64,000 nt of DNA from the human T2T-CHM13v2.0 reference genome, Homo sapiens. Below, piece by piece: positions 51,591 to 64,000 of the stretch. The stretch lies in the NCBI RefSeq assembly GCF_009914755.1, contig NC_060926.1; one strand, 5' to 3'. The notes beneath the pieces were generated by a model. It was not told the DNA's origin. It saw nothing but the letters and a program-made list of their open reading frames with translations, and searched no databases. Both the position numbers and the translations under genes were made by a program. How positions within the stretch are numbered: position 1 is the stretch's first letter; every line of letters starts with the position of its first letter.

Positions 51591-51650
51591 ACCATGTCTT
51601 TAAAGGGGTTTATTAACATTGGTAATGGCTGCATTAATTCAGGTGGCAAC
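51591..51650 (-). other. SVA 3' transduced segment (60 bp) with its own AATAAA and second poly(A)
   Basis: Unique sequence between the SVA (TAAA)n tail and a second A-tract, inside the SVA TSDs. AATAAA on minus at 51609-51614. Confidence 0.82.
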
Positions 51651-51662
51651 TTTTATTTATTT

Positions 51663-51701
<39 letters not shown>

Positions 51702-53721
51702 TTTTTTATTGATCATTCTTGGGTGTTTCTCGCAGAGGGGGATTTGGCAGGGTCATAGGACAATAGTGGAGGGAAGGTCAGCAGATAAACAAGTGAACAA
51801 AGGTCTCTGGTTTTCCTAGGCAGAGGACCCTGCGGCCTTCCGCAGTGTTTGTGTCCCTGGGTACTTGAGATTAGGGAGTGGTGATGACTCTTAACGAGCA
51901 TGCTGACTTCAAGCATCTGTTTAACAAAGCACATCTTGCACCGCCTTTAATCCATGTAACCCTGAGTGGACACAGCACATGTTTCAGAGAGCACAGGGTT
52001 GGGGGTAAGGTCACAGATCAACAGGATCCCAAGGCAGAAGAATTTTTCTTAGTACAGAACAAAATGAAAAGTCTCCCATGTCTACTTCTTTCTACACAGA
52101 CACGGCAACCATCCGATTTCTCAATCTTTTCCCCACCTTTCCCCCCTTTCTATTCCACAAAACCACCATTGTCATCATGGCCCGTTCTCAATGAGCTGTT
52201 GGGTACACCTCCCAGATGGGGTGGTGGCCGGGCAGAGGGGCTCCTCACTTCCCAGTAGGGGCGGCCGGGAAGAGGCGCCCCTCACCTCCCGGACTGGGCG
52301 GCTGGCCGGGCGGGGGGCTGACCCCCCACCTCCCTCCCGGATGGGGCGGCTGGCCGGGCGGGGGACTGACCCCCCCACCTCCCTCCTAGACGGGGCGGCT
52401 GGTGGGGCAGAGGGGCTCCTCACTTCCCAGTAGGGGCGGCCGGGCAGAGGCGCCCCTCACCTCCCAGACAAGGCGGCTGGCCGGGCGGGGGGCTGACCCC
52501 CCCCACCTCCCTCCCAGACGGGGCGGCTGGCCAGGCGGGGGGCTGACCCCCCCCACCTCCCTCCCAGACGGGGCGGCTGGCCAGGCAGGGGGCTGACCCC
52601 CCCCACCTCCCTCTCGGACAGGGCGGCTGGCTGGGCGGGGGGCTGACCCCCCCACCTCCCTCCCGGACGGGGCGGCTGGCCGGGCAGAGGGGCTCCTCAC
52701 TTCCCAGTAGGGGCGGCTGGGCAGAGGCGCCCCTCACCTCCCGGACGGGGTGGCTGGCCGGGCGGGGGGCTGACCCCCCCACCTCCCTCCCAGACGGGGC
52801 AGCTGGCCTGGCGGGGGCTGACCCCCACCTCCCTCCCGGACGGGGTGGCTGCCGGGCGGAGACGCTCCTCACTTCCCAGATGGGGTGGCTGCCGGCCGGA
52901 GGCGCTCCTCACTTCTCAGACGGGGCGGTTGCCAGGCGGAGGGTCTCCTCACTTCTCAGACGGGGCGGCCGGGCAGAGACGCTCCTCACCTCCCAGACGG
53001 GGTCGCGGCCAGGCAGAGGCGCTCCTCACATTGCAGACCGGGCGGCGGGGCAGAGGCGCTCCCCACATCTCAGAGGATGGGAGGCCGGGCAGAGACGCTC
53101 CTCACTTCCTAGATGGGATGGCGGCAGGGAGGAGGCGCTCCTCACTTCCTAGATGGGATGGCGGCCGGGCAGAGACGCTCCTCACTTTCCAGACTGGGCA
53201 GCCAGGCAGAGGGGCTCCTCACGTCCCAGACGATGGGCAGCCAGGCAGAGACGCTCCTCACTTCCCAGACGGGGTGGCGGCCGGGCAGAGGCTGCACTCA
53301 GCACTTTGGGAGGCCAAGGCAGGCGGCTGGGAGGTGGAGGTTGTAGCGAGCCAAGATCACGCCACTGCACTCCAGCCTGGGCACCATTGAGCACTGAGTG
53401 AACGAGGCTCCGTTTGCAATCCCTGCACCTCGGGAGGCCGAGGCTGGCAGATCACTCGCGGTTAGGAGCTGGAGACCAGCCCGGCCAACACAGCGAAATC
53501 CCGTCTCCACCAAAAAAATACGAAAACCAGTCAGGCGTGGCGGCGCGCGCCTGCAATCGCAGGCACTTGGCAGGCTGAGGCAGGAGAATCAGGCAGGGAG
53601 GTTGCAGTGAGCCGAGATGGCAGCAGTACAGTCCAGCTTTGGCTCGGCATCAGAGGGAGACCGTGTAAAGAGAGGGAGAGGGAGACCGTGGGGAGAGGGA
53701 GAGGGAGAGGGAGAGGGAGAG
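51651..53721 (-). mobile_element. Full-length SVA retrotransposon (SVA_D-like)
   Basis: (CCCTCT)n hexamer about 53670-53721, Alu-like about 53295-53665, GC-rich VNTR about 52203-53290, SINE-R about 51705-52200, (TAAA)n tail. TSD CAGTTTTGTTTTTT at 51555-51568 and 53722-53735. Confidence 0.96.
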
Positions 53722-54029
53722 CAGTTTTGTTTTTTTTTTTAACCTCCCTCTTTTTTTTAACTTCCCCAAAGTGCCTATAGGATTCACTGCTCCCTCTACC
53801 ATGATTCTATAACACTTTGTAAAGATCTGTTACAAATCCTGACACACTGTAATATCATTTGCTGTGAAGATGCCTGTATCTGTACTCACCCTTAGATTAT
53901 GAATCCTACGCATCCTTCAAATCCTCACCTCCTTTTTATAGCTTTGTTGTTTGTCTCCTGAATGACTCTGCTGTTCTTACGTACCTTGTCCTAACCTTGG
54001 CACACTTAGGCAGGGGAGCAACAGAGTCA

Positions 54030-54515
54030 CTGTAACTGCGATGGGATAAGAGATTTAATTCCATAGATTAAAGAGTTAGAATTTACAAAAGAGCTGGGGA
54101 ACTGAAGATCCAGAACAGGAAGTTAGAGAATCAGAGAAAGAGTCACCCACCTGTCCATCCAAAGAGCCAACTCTATCTAGTCACTGAGGCAGAGGCATCC
54201 ATGGGAAGCTGTTGCCTCTAGGTAGCTACCCTCTGTGTCAATTCACAACCAATAATTTGGTGTTGGGGAGGGGCCACTGTTGGTCAGTGGGGCCAGACTG
54301 GTCACAGAGAGGGAGAGTGAGAACAAGCTGGAAACTGCTGGGCAACTCTGTGTCTGTTGGTCATCTCATCTTACCATCAAATGACTCTCAGAGAAATGAC
54401 TCCTCTTCCAAATCTCATGCAAGTTCTTTTGCCCAACTTTAACTCAGAACCATACAGAGAAGGAGACCCTGGGAACACCAGTGTAGCCAACTTGACACAG
54501 CACAAACAACCATGA
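54030..54515 (-). mobile_element. Old LTR remnant, family uncertain
   Basis: GGAGAGTGAGAACAAGCTGGAA...TTCCAAATCTCATGCAAGTTCTTTTG...AGAACCATACAGAGAAGG resembles ancient ERV LTRs. Confidence 0.4.
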
Positions 54516-54601
54516 CATTGTATTATAGCCATCATTTACTTCTGTCTGTCTGCCCCTCAGCAAGGCTGAGAACTCCCCAGTGTGAGCAAGAATTCACTTA
54601 C

Positions 54602-54926
<325 letters not shown>

Positions 54927-55817
54927 TAAAAACTTTTTTTTGGTGTAGTCAAAGCCTAGGACATTATTGGCAGCATTGTAGACTAGATATCAATGGCTAT
55001 TTTTGGAATTAAATTCAAAATGAAATACACTGAATTGAATAGACAGCAACTGAGTCTTATCCTTGTGTCTACAGCTCGGAGCACAGTACCTGAGGGCTCA
55101 TGCTTCTCAATGGTGAGCGTCAAGTGGATATTTGTTAACACATGGAATTTCCCGGAGAGTTTGTTTCAGAAGGAAGATGGAATACACTTTGAGTGGAGGG
55201 TGAATCTGAGGATAAGTTCCAGCTGTTTCTATTGTTCATTGTTTGATTTTTTGATACTAGCCATTCTATTAGAAGAAAACATAGGAGATATGCTTCAGGA
55301 CATAGACTTTTTTCATTCAAGATTAATAGAAGACATGGGCAGAGGGGTATGTGTGCGGGGGTGGAGGAATTATGCCCTTTTCCATGGGAATGAGAGAATG
55401 TGGAGAATGGTGCCTTGTGCAGAACAGAGCTCAGGGAAGAGAGAGGTAATTGAAACACCTGGTGATACCAAACCGTCATCTCAAGATTTTCTTATTGCTA
55501 AGCGCATGTTTAACTTCTTTTTGGTAATTTGGCTGGGAATCTGCCTCTACGGCAGTAGTTTGTCCACTTAAGTATATCTATATAAAATCAGCAGTGCCTT
55601 GTTGTTTTAATAACCTGTTTCACTCGACCAAATGAAAAGCCAGATTTTGACAGATTCCTTCTTGATTGGGGGATGTGTGCTGCTGTCTATCTGTAGAGAT
55701 GGAGAATTGTGATTGGTGTTTTGTTTTTTTTTTTCGCCCCCACAGTTAAAGCATGCTCCTGGCTTAGGAACGGCAAGAAGCCACAGTGTCTTGCAGCTGC
55801 TCCTAAAGACTTCTTAT

Positions 55818-55960
55818 CTGGGTGTGGGGGCTCACACGTATAATCCCAGCACTTTGGGAGGCAGAGGCAGGCAATGGCTTGAGCCCAGGAGTTCGAGAAC
55901 AGCCTGGGCAACATAGTGAGACCCCCCCCATCTCTATTAATAATAATAATAATAATAAAA
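55818..55960 (+). mobile_element. FLAM-like Alu monomer
   Basis: Left monomer with (AAT)n tail. Confidence 0.85.
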
Positions 55961-56295
55961 CAAAACCTTCTAATTCTGGGTCAACCCTATACTTCCCCTG
56001 ACCAGCTGTGGAGCTTTCTTCATCTAGGGCAGCAAGACGTCAAAGGCAGAGGAGAGGTTGACGCTTCCTGAAATCAGAATTTGTCCTCATACAGCAACTC
56101 TTGCCAGGCCTAGAAGAGAAAAACCTCTCAAAATTTACCTGCAAAAAAGGGAGAGAAAGAGTAAGAAAAAGTTTACTCACACTGGAAAAATGCCATGGTT
56201 AGCAATGACCAACAAAAGCTCTTCCTGGATTAGGAGTGCAGACCTAGATACTTTGGCCTGACCATTGACTGAAATCTCTTTAGTCTGATCTCTTA

Positions 56296-56296
<1 letters not shown>

Positions 56297-56333
<37 letters not shown>
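56297..56333. repeat. (CA)n microsatellite
   Basis: Direct inspection. Confidence 0.95.
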
Positions 56334-56340
<7 letters not shown>

Positions 56341-56364
56341 TACTAGATACATAAGAGTATATTG

Positions 56365-56977
56365 GCCAGTTGCAGTGGCTCACCCCTGTAATTCCAGCAC
56401 TTTGGCTGAGATGGGTGGATCACCTGAGGTCAGGAGTTCAAGACCAGCCTAGCCGACATGGCAAAACCCTGTCTCTACTAAAAATACAAAACTTAACCAG
56501 TCAAATAATAAAAAGTGTTGGTGAGGATGTGAAAATATTGAAAACTTCATATACTGCTGATAGAAATATAAAATGGTGCCATCACTTTGGAAACCAGTCT
56601 AACAGCTCATCAAAAATTTAAACATAGACTTTGCATTTGGTCCAGCAATTCCAGTCCTAGTTGTATACCCAAAAGGAACAAAAATAGGGCCAGATGTGGT
56701 AGCTCACGCCTATAATCCCAGCACTTTGGGAGGCCGAGGCAGGTGGATCACTTGAGGCCAGGAGTTTGAGACTAGCCTGGCCAACACGGCAAAAACCTGT
56801 CTCTACTAAAAATACAAAACTTAGGCTGGCATGGTGGCACATACCTATAGTCCCAGCTACTCAGGAGGCTGAGGCAGGAGACTCACTTTAACCTGGGAGG
56901 CGAAGGTTGCACTGAGCCGAGATTGCACCACTATATTCCAGCCTGGGTGACAGAGTGAGACTTTGTCTCAAAAAAAG
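56365..56977 (+). mobile_element. Alu left arm, L1M fragment (about 56500-56686) and full Alu (56687-56977)
   Basis: AAGTGTTGGTGAGGATGTG...CCAGCAATTCCAGTCCTAG L1 ORF2-end motif lies between the Alus. Confidence 0.8.
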
Positions 56978-57026
56978 AGTATATTGCCTGTGTTATGAGA
57001 AGAACCAGTTGTACTTCTTATAAGAG

Positions 57027-58538
57027 GCTTCAATTTGCATTTCCTTAATGATTAGTAATATTGAGCATTTTTTCATATATTTGTTGCCCATTTATGTGTC
57101 TTTTAAGAAATGTTCATTTCAGTTTCTTTGCCTATTTTTAAATCAGATTATTTGGGGATTTTTGCTGTTGAGTTGTTTGAGTTCCTTGTGTATTCTAGAT
57201 ATTAGCCACTTGTCAGATGAATCATTTTCCCCCACTCTCCAGGTTGTCTCTGTACTTTGTTGATTGCTTCCTTTGCTATGCAGAAGCTTTGCCATTTAAT
57301 ACAGTCCCATTTGGCTGCTTTTGTTTTTGTTGCTTGTGTTTTTGAAGTCTTAGCTCAAAGCTTTGCCTAGACCAATCTCCTGAAGCATATCCCCTATGTT
57401 TTCTTCTAATAGAATGGCTGTTATCAAACAAACAGCAACAGATACTGGCAAGGATATGGAGAAAAGGGAACTCTTATATACTGTTGGTGGGAATGTAAAT
57501 TAGTATAGCCATATGGAAAAGAATATAGTGGTTTCTTAAAAAAAAAAAACAACTACAACTAAAAATAGAGCTACCATATGATCCGTCAGTCCTACTACTG
57601 GGTATTTATACAAAGGAAAGAAAATCAGTATAACAAAGGGATACCTGAAACCTCATGTCTATTGCAGAACTATTCACAATAGCTATGATAGTTTGGGCAA
57701 AGTGGCTTACACCTGTAATACCAACACTTTGGGAGGCCGAGGTGGGTGGCTCACTTGAGGTCAGCCTGGTCAACATGGTAAAACCCTGTCTCTACTAAAA
57801 ATACAAAAATTAGCCCGGTGTGGTGGTGCATGCCTATAATCCCAGCTACTGGGGAGGCTGAGGTACAAGAACTTGAACCTGGGAGGTGAGGTTGCACTGA
57901 GCTGAGATAGCGCCATTGCAACCCAGCCTGGGTGACAGAGGGAGACAAAAAAAAAAAAAAACCTCACAATAGCTATGATATGGGATCAACTTAAATGACC
58001 ATCAACAGATGAATGGATGAAGAAAATGTGGTATATACACAATGGAATACTAGTCAGCCTTAAAAAATGAATGAAATCCTGGCGTTCACAGCAAATGGAT
58101 GAGCCTGGGGAACGTTATGTTAAATGAAACAAGGCAGGCACAGAAAGATAAATACTGCATGTTCCCACTCACATGTGGAAGCTAAAAAAACTTTTTTGAG
58201 CTCATGAAAGTAGAGAGGAGATCGTGGTATTAGAAGTTAGGAAGGGTAGGAAGAAAGGAAGGATGCAGAGAGGTTGGTTAAAAGATAACAAAATTACAGC
58301 TAGTTAGGAGGAATGAGTTCTAATGTTCTTCAGCACTGTAGAGTGAATATAATTTATTGTGTATCTTCAAAAAGCTAGAAGAGAGGATTCTGAATGTTCA
58401 CAACACAAAAAATAATAAATATTTGAGATGATGGGTATGCGAATTACCCTGATTTGATCATTATACATTGAATACATGTATCAAAATATCACTCTGTATC
58501 CATTAATATGTACAATTATTGCATGCCAACTAAAAATA
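57027..58538 (+). mobile_element. L1MA-type 3' end with 5' inversion (minus segment 57027-57410, plus segment 57411-58538), interrupted by an Alu (57691-57960)
   Basis: TTTGCATTTCCTTAATGATTAG...TTTTCTTCTAATAG (antisense) is fused to AATGGCTGTTATCAAA...GAATTACCCTGATTTGATCATT...AAAAATAAA (sense). CACAATAGCTATGATA is duplicated around the Alu. Confidence 0.85.
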
Positions 58539-58786
58539 AAGGGAGCAGGGAAGAGCTTTCATTTATAAGGCACTTTTTGCAAACATTATCTTGTTTCATC
58601 CTCACATGAGAAAACCGAGGGTCAGAAAATAGCTTGTCCAATGTCACATAGATGTCAAGTGCTGGAGTCTTTTTACTCCAAAACCCATGCTATTTCAGCA
58701 CCTCAAAAGTGCCTCACACACACACAGGGAGCCAAAGCCACCGGAGGGTTTGTTAGAGGAAAAAAATATTAAAACTATATTTATAT

Positions 58787-59570
<784 letters not shown>

Positions 59571-59805
59571 ACACATGCACACACACACACGCACACGCAC
59601 ACAAAACTATATTTATAACTGGGCACGATGATTATGTGGGGCCTGAGGAAACAAAAAACCCACTATGCTAATAGTGTGACCTTCATCTGTATGAAAACAT
59701 ATTTATATGTATATACACCTGCACAGAAAACAGGAGGGCACAATACATTGAAATAGATGGGTATATTGGTGACTTGTTCTTTTTGACTCTCAGTATAACC
59801 TAGAG

Positions 59806-60151
59806 CAGCAATGTCCAATAGAGCTGTCTGCCATGATGGAAACGTCTGTGTTGTCCAATATGACTAGCCACTAGTGACATGGGTTTATTGGGCCCTTGAT
59901 GATGTGCTATATCTGTGAAGTACACACTGGGTTTTTAAGACTTGGTCTGAAAAGCAAAATGTGAAATATCTAATTAGTTATTTTTTATATTGGTTAAATG
60001 TTGAAATAATAATATTTTGAATATATTGGGCTAAATGAACCAGTGTCAAAATTAATCTTATTTATTTCTTTTTTCTTCTTTTAATGTGGCTATTAGAAAA
60101 TTTTAAATGATATATGTGGCTCACACAGTATATTTCTATTGAACAGCACTG
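59806..60151 (+). mobile_element. MER33/MER3-like hAT-Charlie MITE
   Basis: TIRs CAGCAATGTCCAATAG ... CTATTGAACAGCACTG, with 8-bp TSD-like ACCTAGAG / GTCTAGAG. Confidence 0.78.
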
Positions 60152-60157
60152 GTCTAG

Positions 60158-60762
<605 letters not shown>

Positions 60763-60945
60763 TTAATAGTTATTCTGATTTCTAAATTTTCTATGGTGAA
60801 TATGAATTTTTTATGTAATAAAGAGTAAAAAGAAAATCAAAACAATTAAATTTAATATTAAAGCAATTTATCCTTAACTACAATCAGAAGATAAATATGT
60901 TGTTCTAAAGCTGTGTGATAATGTTTGCTTTGTCATGTATTGGGG

Positions 60946-60978
<33 letters not shown>

Positions 60979-60979
60979 C
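60946..60979. repeat. (GT)n(GC)n microsatellite
   Basis: Direct inspection. Confidence 0.93.
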
Positions 60980-61560
60980 AACCCTTGGATGGGAGTGGAG
61001 TTGAGGACCGTGACGTGACCATTTATTAGGTAATCTCATTCTTCCCTCTGACCCTGGTCCTCTCTATTCCATCAAGGGGAGGGGATAATTGCATCATGGT
61101 TCTCCCTGGCACTCACAACACACCATGTGTTCGCCTATATTTAGCCAACATGAAGTCACTGAAACTCTATGCCCACTGGAGGCAATTTGTGCTTTGTTGT
61201 TTGTGGCTCACATGGCTTCTATCCTGACTGCTCTGCATAGTTTATGTCCTTAGATGAATTTAAAGGACTGAAAACCTTTTGTTGGTGGAAAAACTGTGTT
61301 TGGGGAGTCAAAACTGAAATACCAAATCAATGAGATCCTTGGAAGCGTCCCTGAGATGAATACCTGATGTTTCTTGCAAGCCAGGGAGACCTCAATTATC
61401 CTCTTCTTTGACAGAAGGAGAAGGACCAGGGTGAGCAGGCTGGGGAGGGAGGAATTGTCTATATTCCACTCAAATGGTAAAAGCAACACGTCCATTCAGC
61501 GGCTCCCAGTTACAATGCCAACTCTACTCTCCTTCCAGCAATTAGAAACGACACATGGAG

Positions 61561-62148
<588 letters not shown>

Positions 62149-62312
62149 AAATGACACACAGAATGAAGACACATAGCAGCTCAACAAGCCTAATATTACA
62201 AGAGGACAAGAGATGGAGGGGCTGCCCACAAGGTGTGGTTTCAGAAGTTCAACCTGTTGGCTGCTACTTAGATTTTACTCTCAGTGTCTCCTTCCTCTAG
62301 CTTGAGGCTCTG

Positions 62313-62315
<3 letters not shown>

Positions 62316-62357
<42 letters not shown>
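62316..62357. repeat. (GT)n microsatellite
   Basis: Direct inspection. Confidence 0.95.
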
Positions 62358-62359
<2 letters not shown>

Positions 62360-62487
62360 GCAGGTAAACATTGGGAACCTCAGCTTAGCATCTCAATTCT
62401 CAATTTTTTGTCTGTCACTTTGGATGAAAATTGTAGAAGAGACTTACTCCTATCAGAGAATACAGTTTTGTTTAACAAACAAAATAG

Positions 62488-62694
<207 letters not shown>

Positions 62695-62809
62695 TAAATA
62701 GTCATTTAGTCATTAATTCAACAAATATTTATTGAGTACTCAGTGTGAATAATACTAGTTACATTTCACTTGTGTCATTGCTTTATCTGTTTCTATTAAT
62801 CATAATTAT

Positions 62810-62992
62810 TTATATATTTTTATTACAAATTAACAATTTATAATTGTATATATCTATAGGGTAAAAAGTGATGTTATGATTTATGAATACAATGTGGAAT
62901 ACGTAAGCCAAGCTAATTACCATATCCATCACCTCAAATATTTATCATTTTTTGTAGTTAGAACATTTGAAATTTACTGTCTTAATTTTGAA
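62810..62992 (-). mobile_element. L1MA 3'-terminal fragment
   Basis: ATAATTGTATATAT...AAGCTAATTACCATATCCATCACCTCAAATATTTATCATTTTTTGTAGTTAGAACATTTGAAAT. Confidence 0.75.
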
Positions 62993-64000
62993 TTAATTAT
63001 AATGTTTATAGTTTTACTAAAAAACATGTTTCCAGTCTCATTCTTCTTCACTTCCACTATAGATTTGGTAAGCTTATTAAAAATGTATCCTTGGGTAACA
63101 TTAAAAAGAAAACAAAAACAACCACATAAGCTCAACTCACTCACAAGGCAATTTGAAGAGGGCCCTGGCTTTAATGCTCTATCATTATATCCCTATGGGC
63201 TGTAACAAAGAGGTTATGGACAATTACCAGCACACCTGTTTTCTCTTACAAAGGACGCAAGCAAATAAGAGTCAGGTGAATTCATTTCAGGAGAAACAGT
63301 GAGTTAACTCAGATTTATTAAAAAGTAAATTATTTCAAACTTCGGCACTTTATTATTAGTAACAAGTTAATTTCCACATACCTCACACTCTAATGAGAAT
63401 GTCTGTGTTGGACAGCAACCAGTCATCAACACCTCAGTGTGAATGAGGATCTGAGAGTAGATTGTAAGAGGTGGAATGAGGCACAGAAAACAATGGGTCC
63501 TTGGAGTAGGGAGTGGACAACCAGGGGACAAAATGTCTCTAACTTCCTAATTTTGCACAGGGACCTTGTCTCAGGAGTAACTTCCCTATGTCCTTGTCCT
63601 ACTGGCCTCAAAATCACAGAAACTGAGTTCTTTAAAATTGTGGTTTATATTTTACTGCCGCTAATTGCTATGATTATCGCTACTAATTACCATGATAGAA
63701 AAGGAAAGTCTGCTCTTTCTGAAGCTTTTATACATTGACAGTCATTATAGTCACCACTTACGGTAAATTTTTGAATGCTTTAATTGGTTATAGTGAGGCT
63801 GGGGGTAAATACTGTTACTATGTTTTTAAGATATAAATACATAAAAATAATAATTCCATTAGTACAACAGTCTCAAATGTGCCACAGTATAATTATCAAT
63901 AGCTTTTACCGCTATAACTGCATAACAGGGTACTTTTTCAAGAATGTTCTGTAAAGATGATGTATTCCAAATCTGTGTAAAAAATAGATTATTCATTAAA

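Noticed and set aside
52203-53290. Repeat array that could be mistaken for CRISPR
   Set aside because: Tandem VNTR units with no unique spacers, in primate DNA with no cas genes.
52175-53610. Many overlapping Pro/Arg/Gly-rich ORFs and a CpG-island-like stretch
   Set aside because: These come from the SVA VNTR and Alu-like region, not a gene or gene promoter.
54993-55571. 192-aa ORF, the longest in the track
   Set aside because: No recognisable domain. It contains the L1-derived LLEENIGDMLQDI from the duplicated junction and has no supporting gene structure, so it is probably a chance ORF.

Overview
This is primate, very probably human or great-ape, genomic DNA: about 50 Alus, L1/L2/MIR/L3 remnants, MaLR and ERV LTRs, and a hominid-type SVA. 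It looks intergenic or intronic. I found no intact protein-coding gene and could not name the locus. Most ORFs in the track are Alu, SVA-VNTR or ERV translations. I found no new protein-based system; the notable content is retrotransposition structure. (1) A ~6.1 kb HERV-H copy (3787-9894, minus strand) has only R-U5 at its 5' end and only U3 at its 3' end, and sits inside the A-rich linker of an Alu. It looks like an RNA retrocopy or opened one-LTR circle rather than a normal provirus. (2) A 5'-truncated PABPC1 processed pseudogene and a full-length SVA_D-like element carrying a 60-bp 3' transduction are stacked at one target site (50753-53735). (3) An ancestral SVA2 element and a U2 snRNA fragment lie nearby. 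(4) There are three short local duplications, including an inverted copy of an L1 inversion junction. Repeat subfamily names come from my recollection of consensus sequences and need RepeatMasker/Dfam confirmation. Boundaries of old repeats are approximate.
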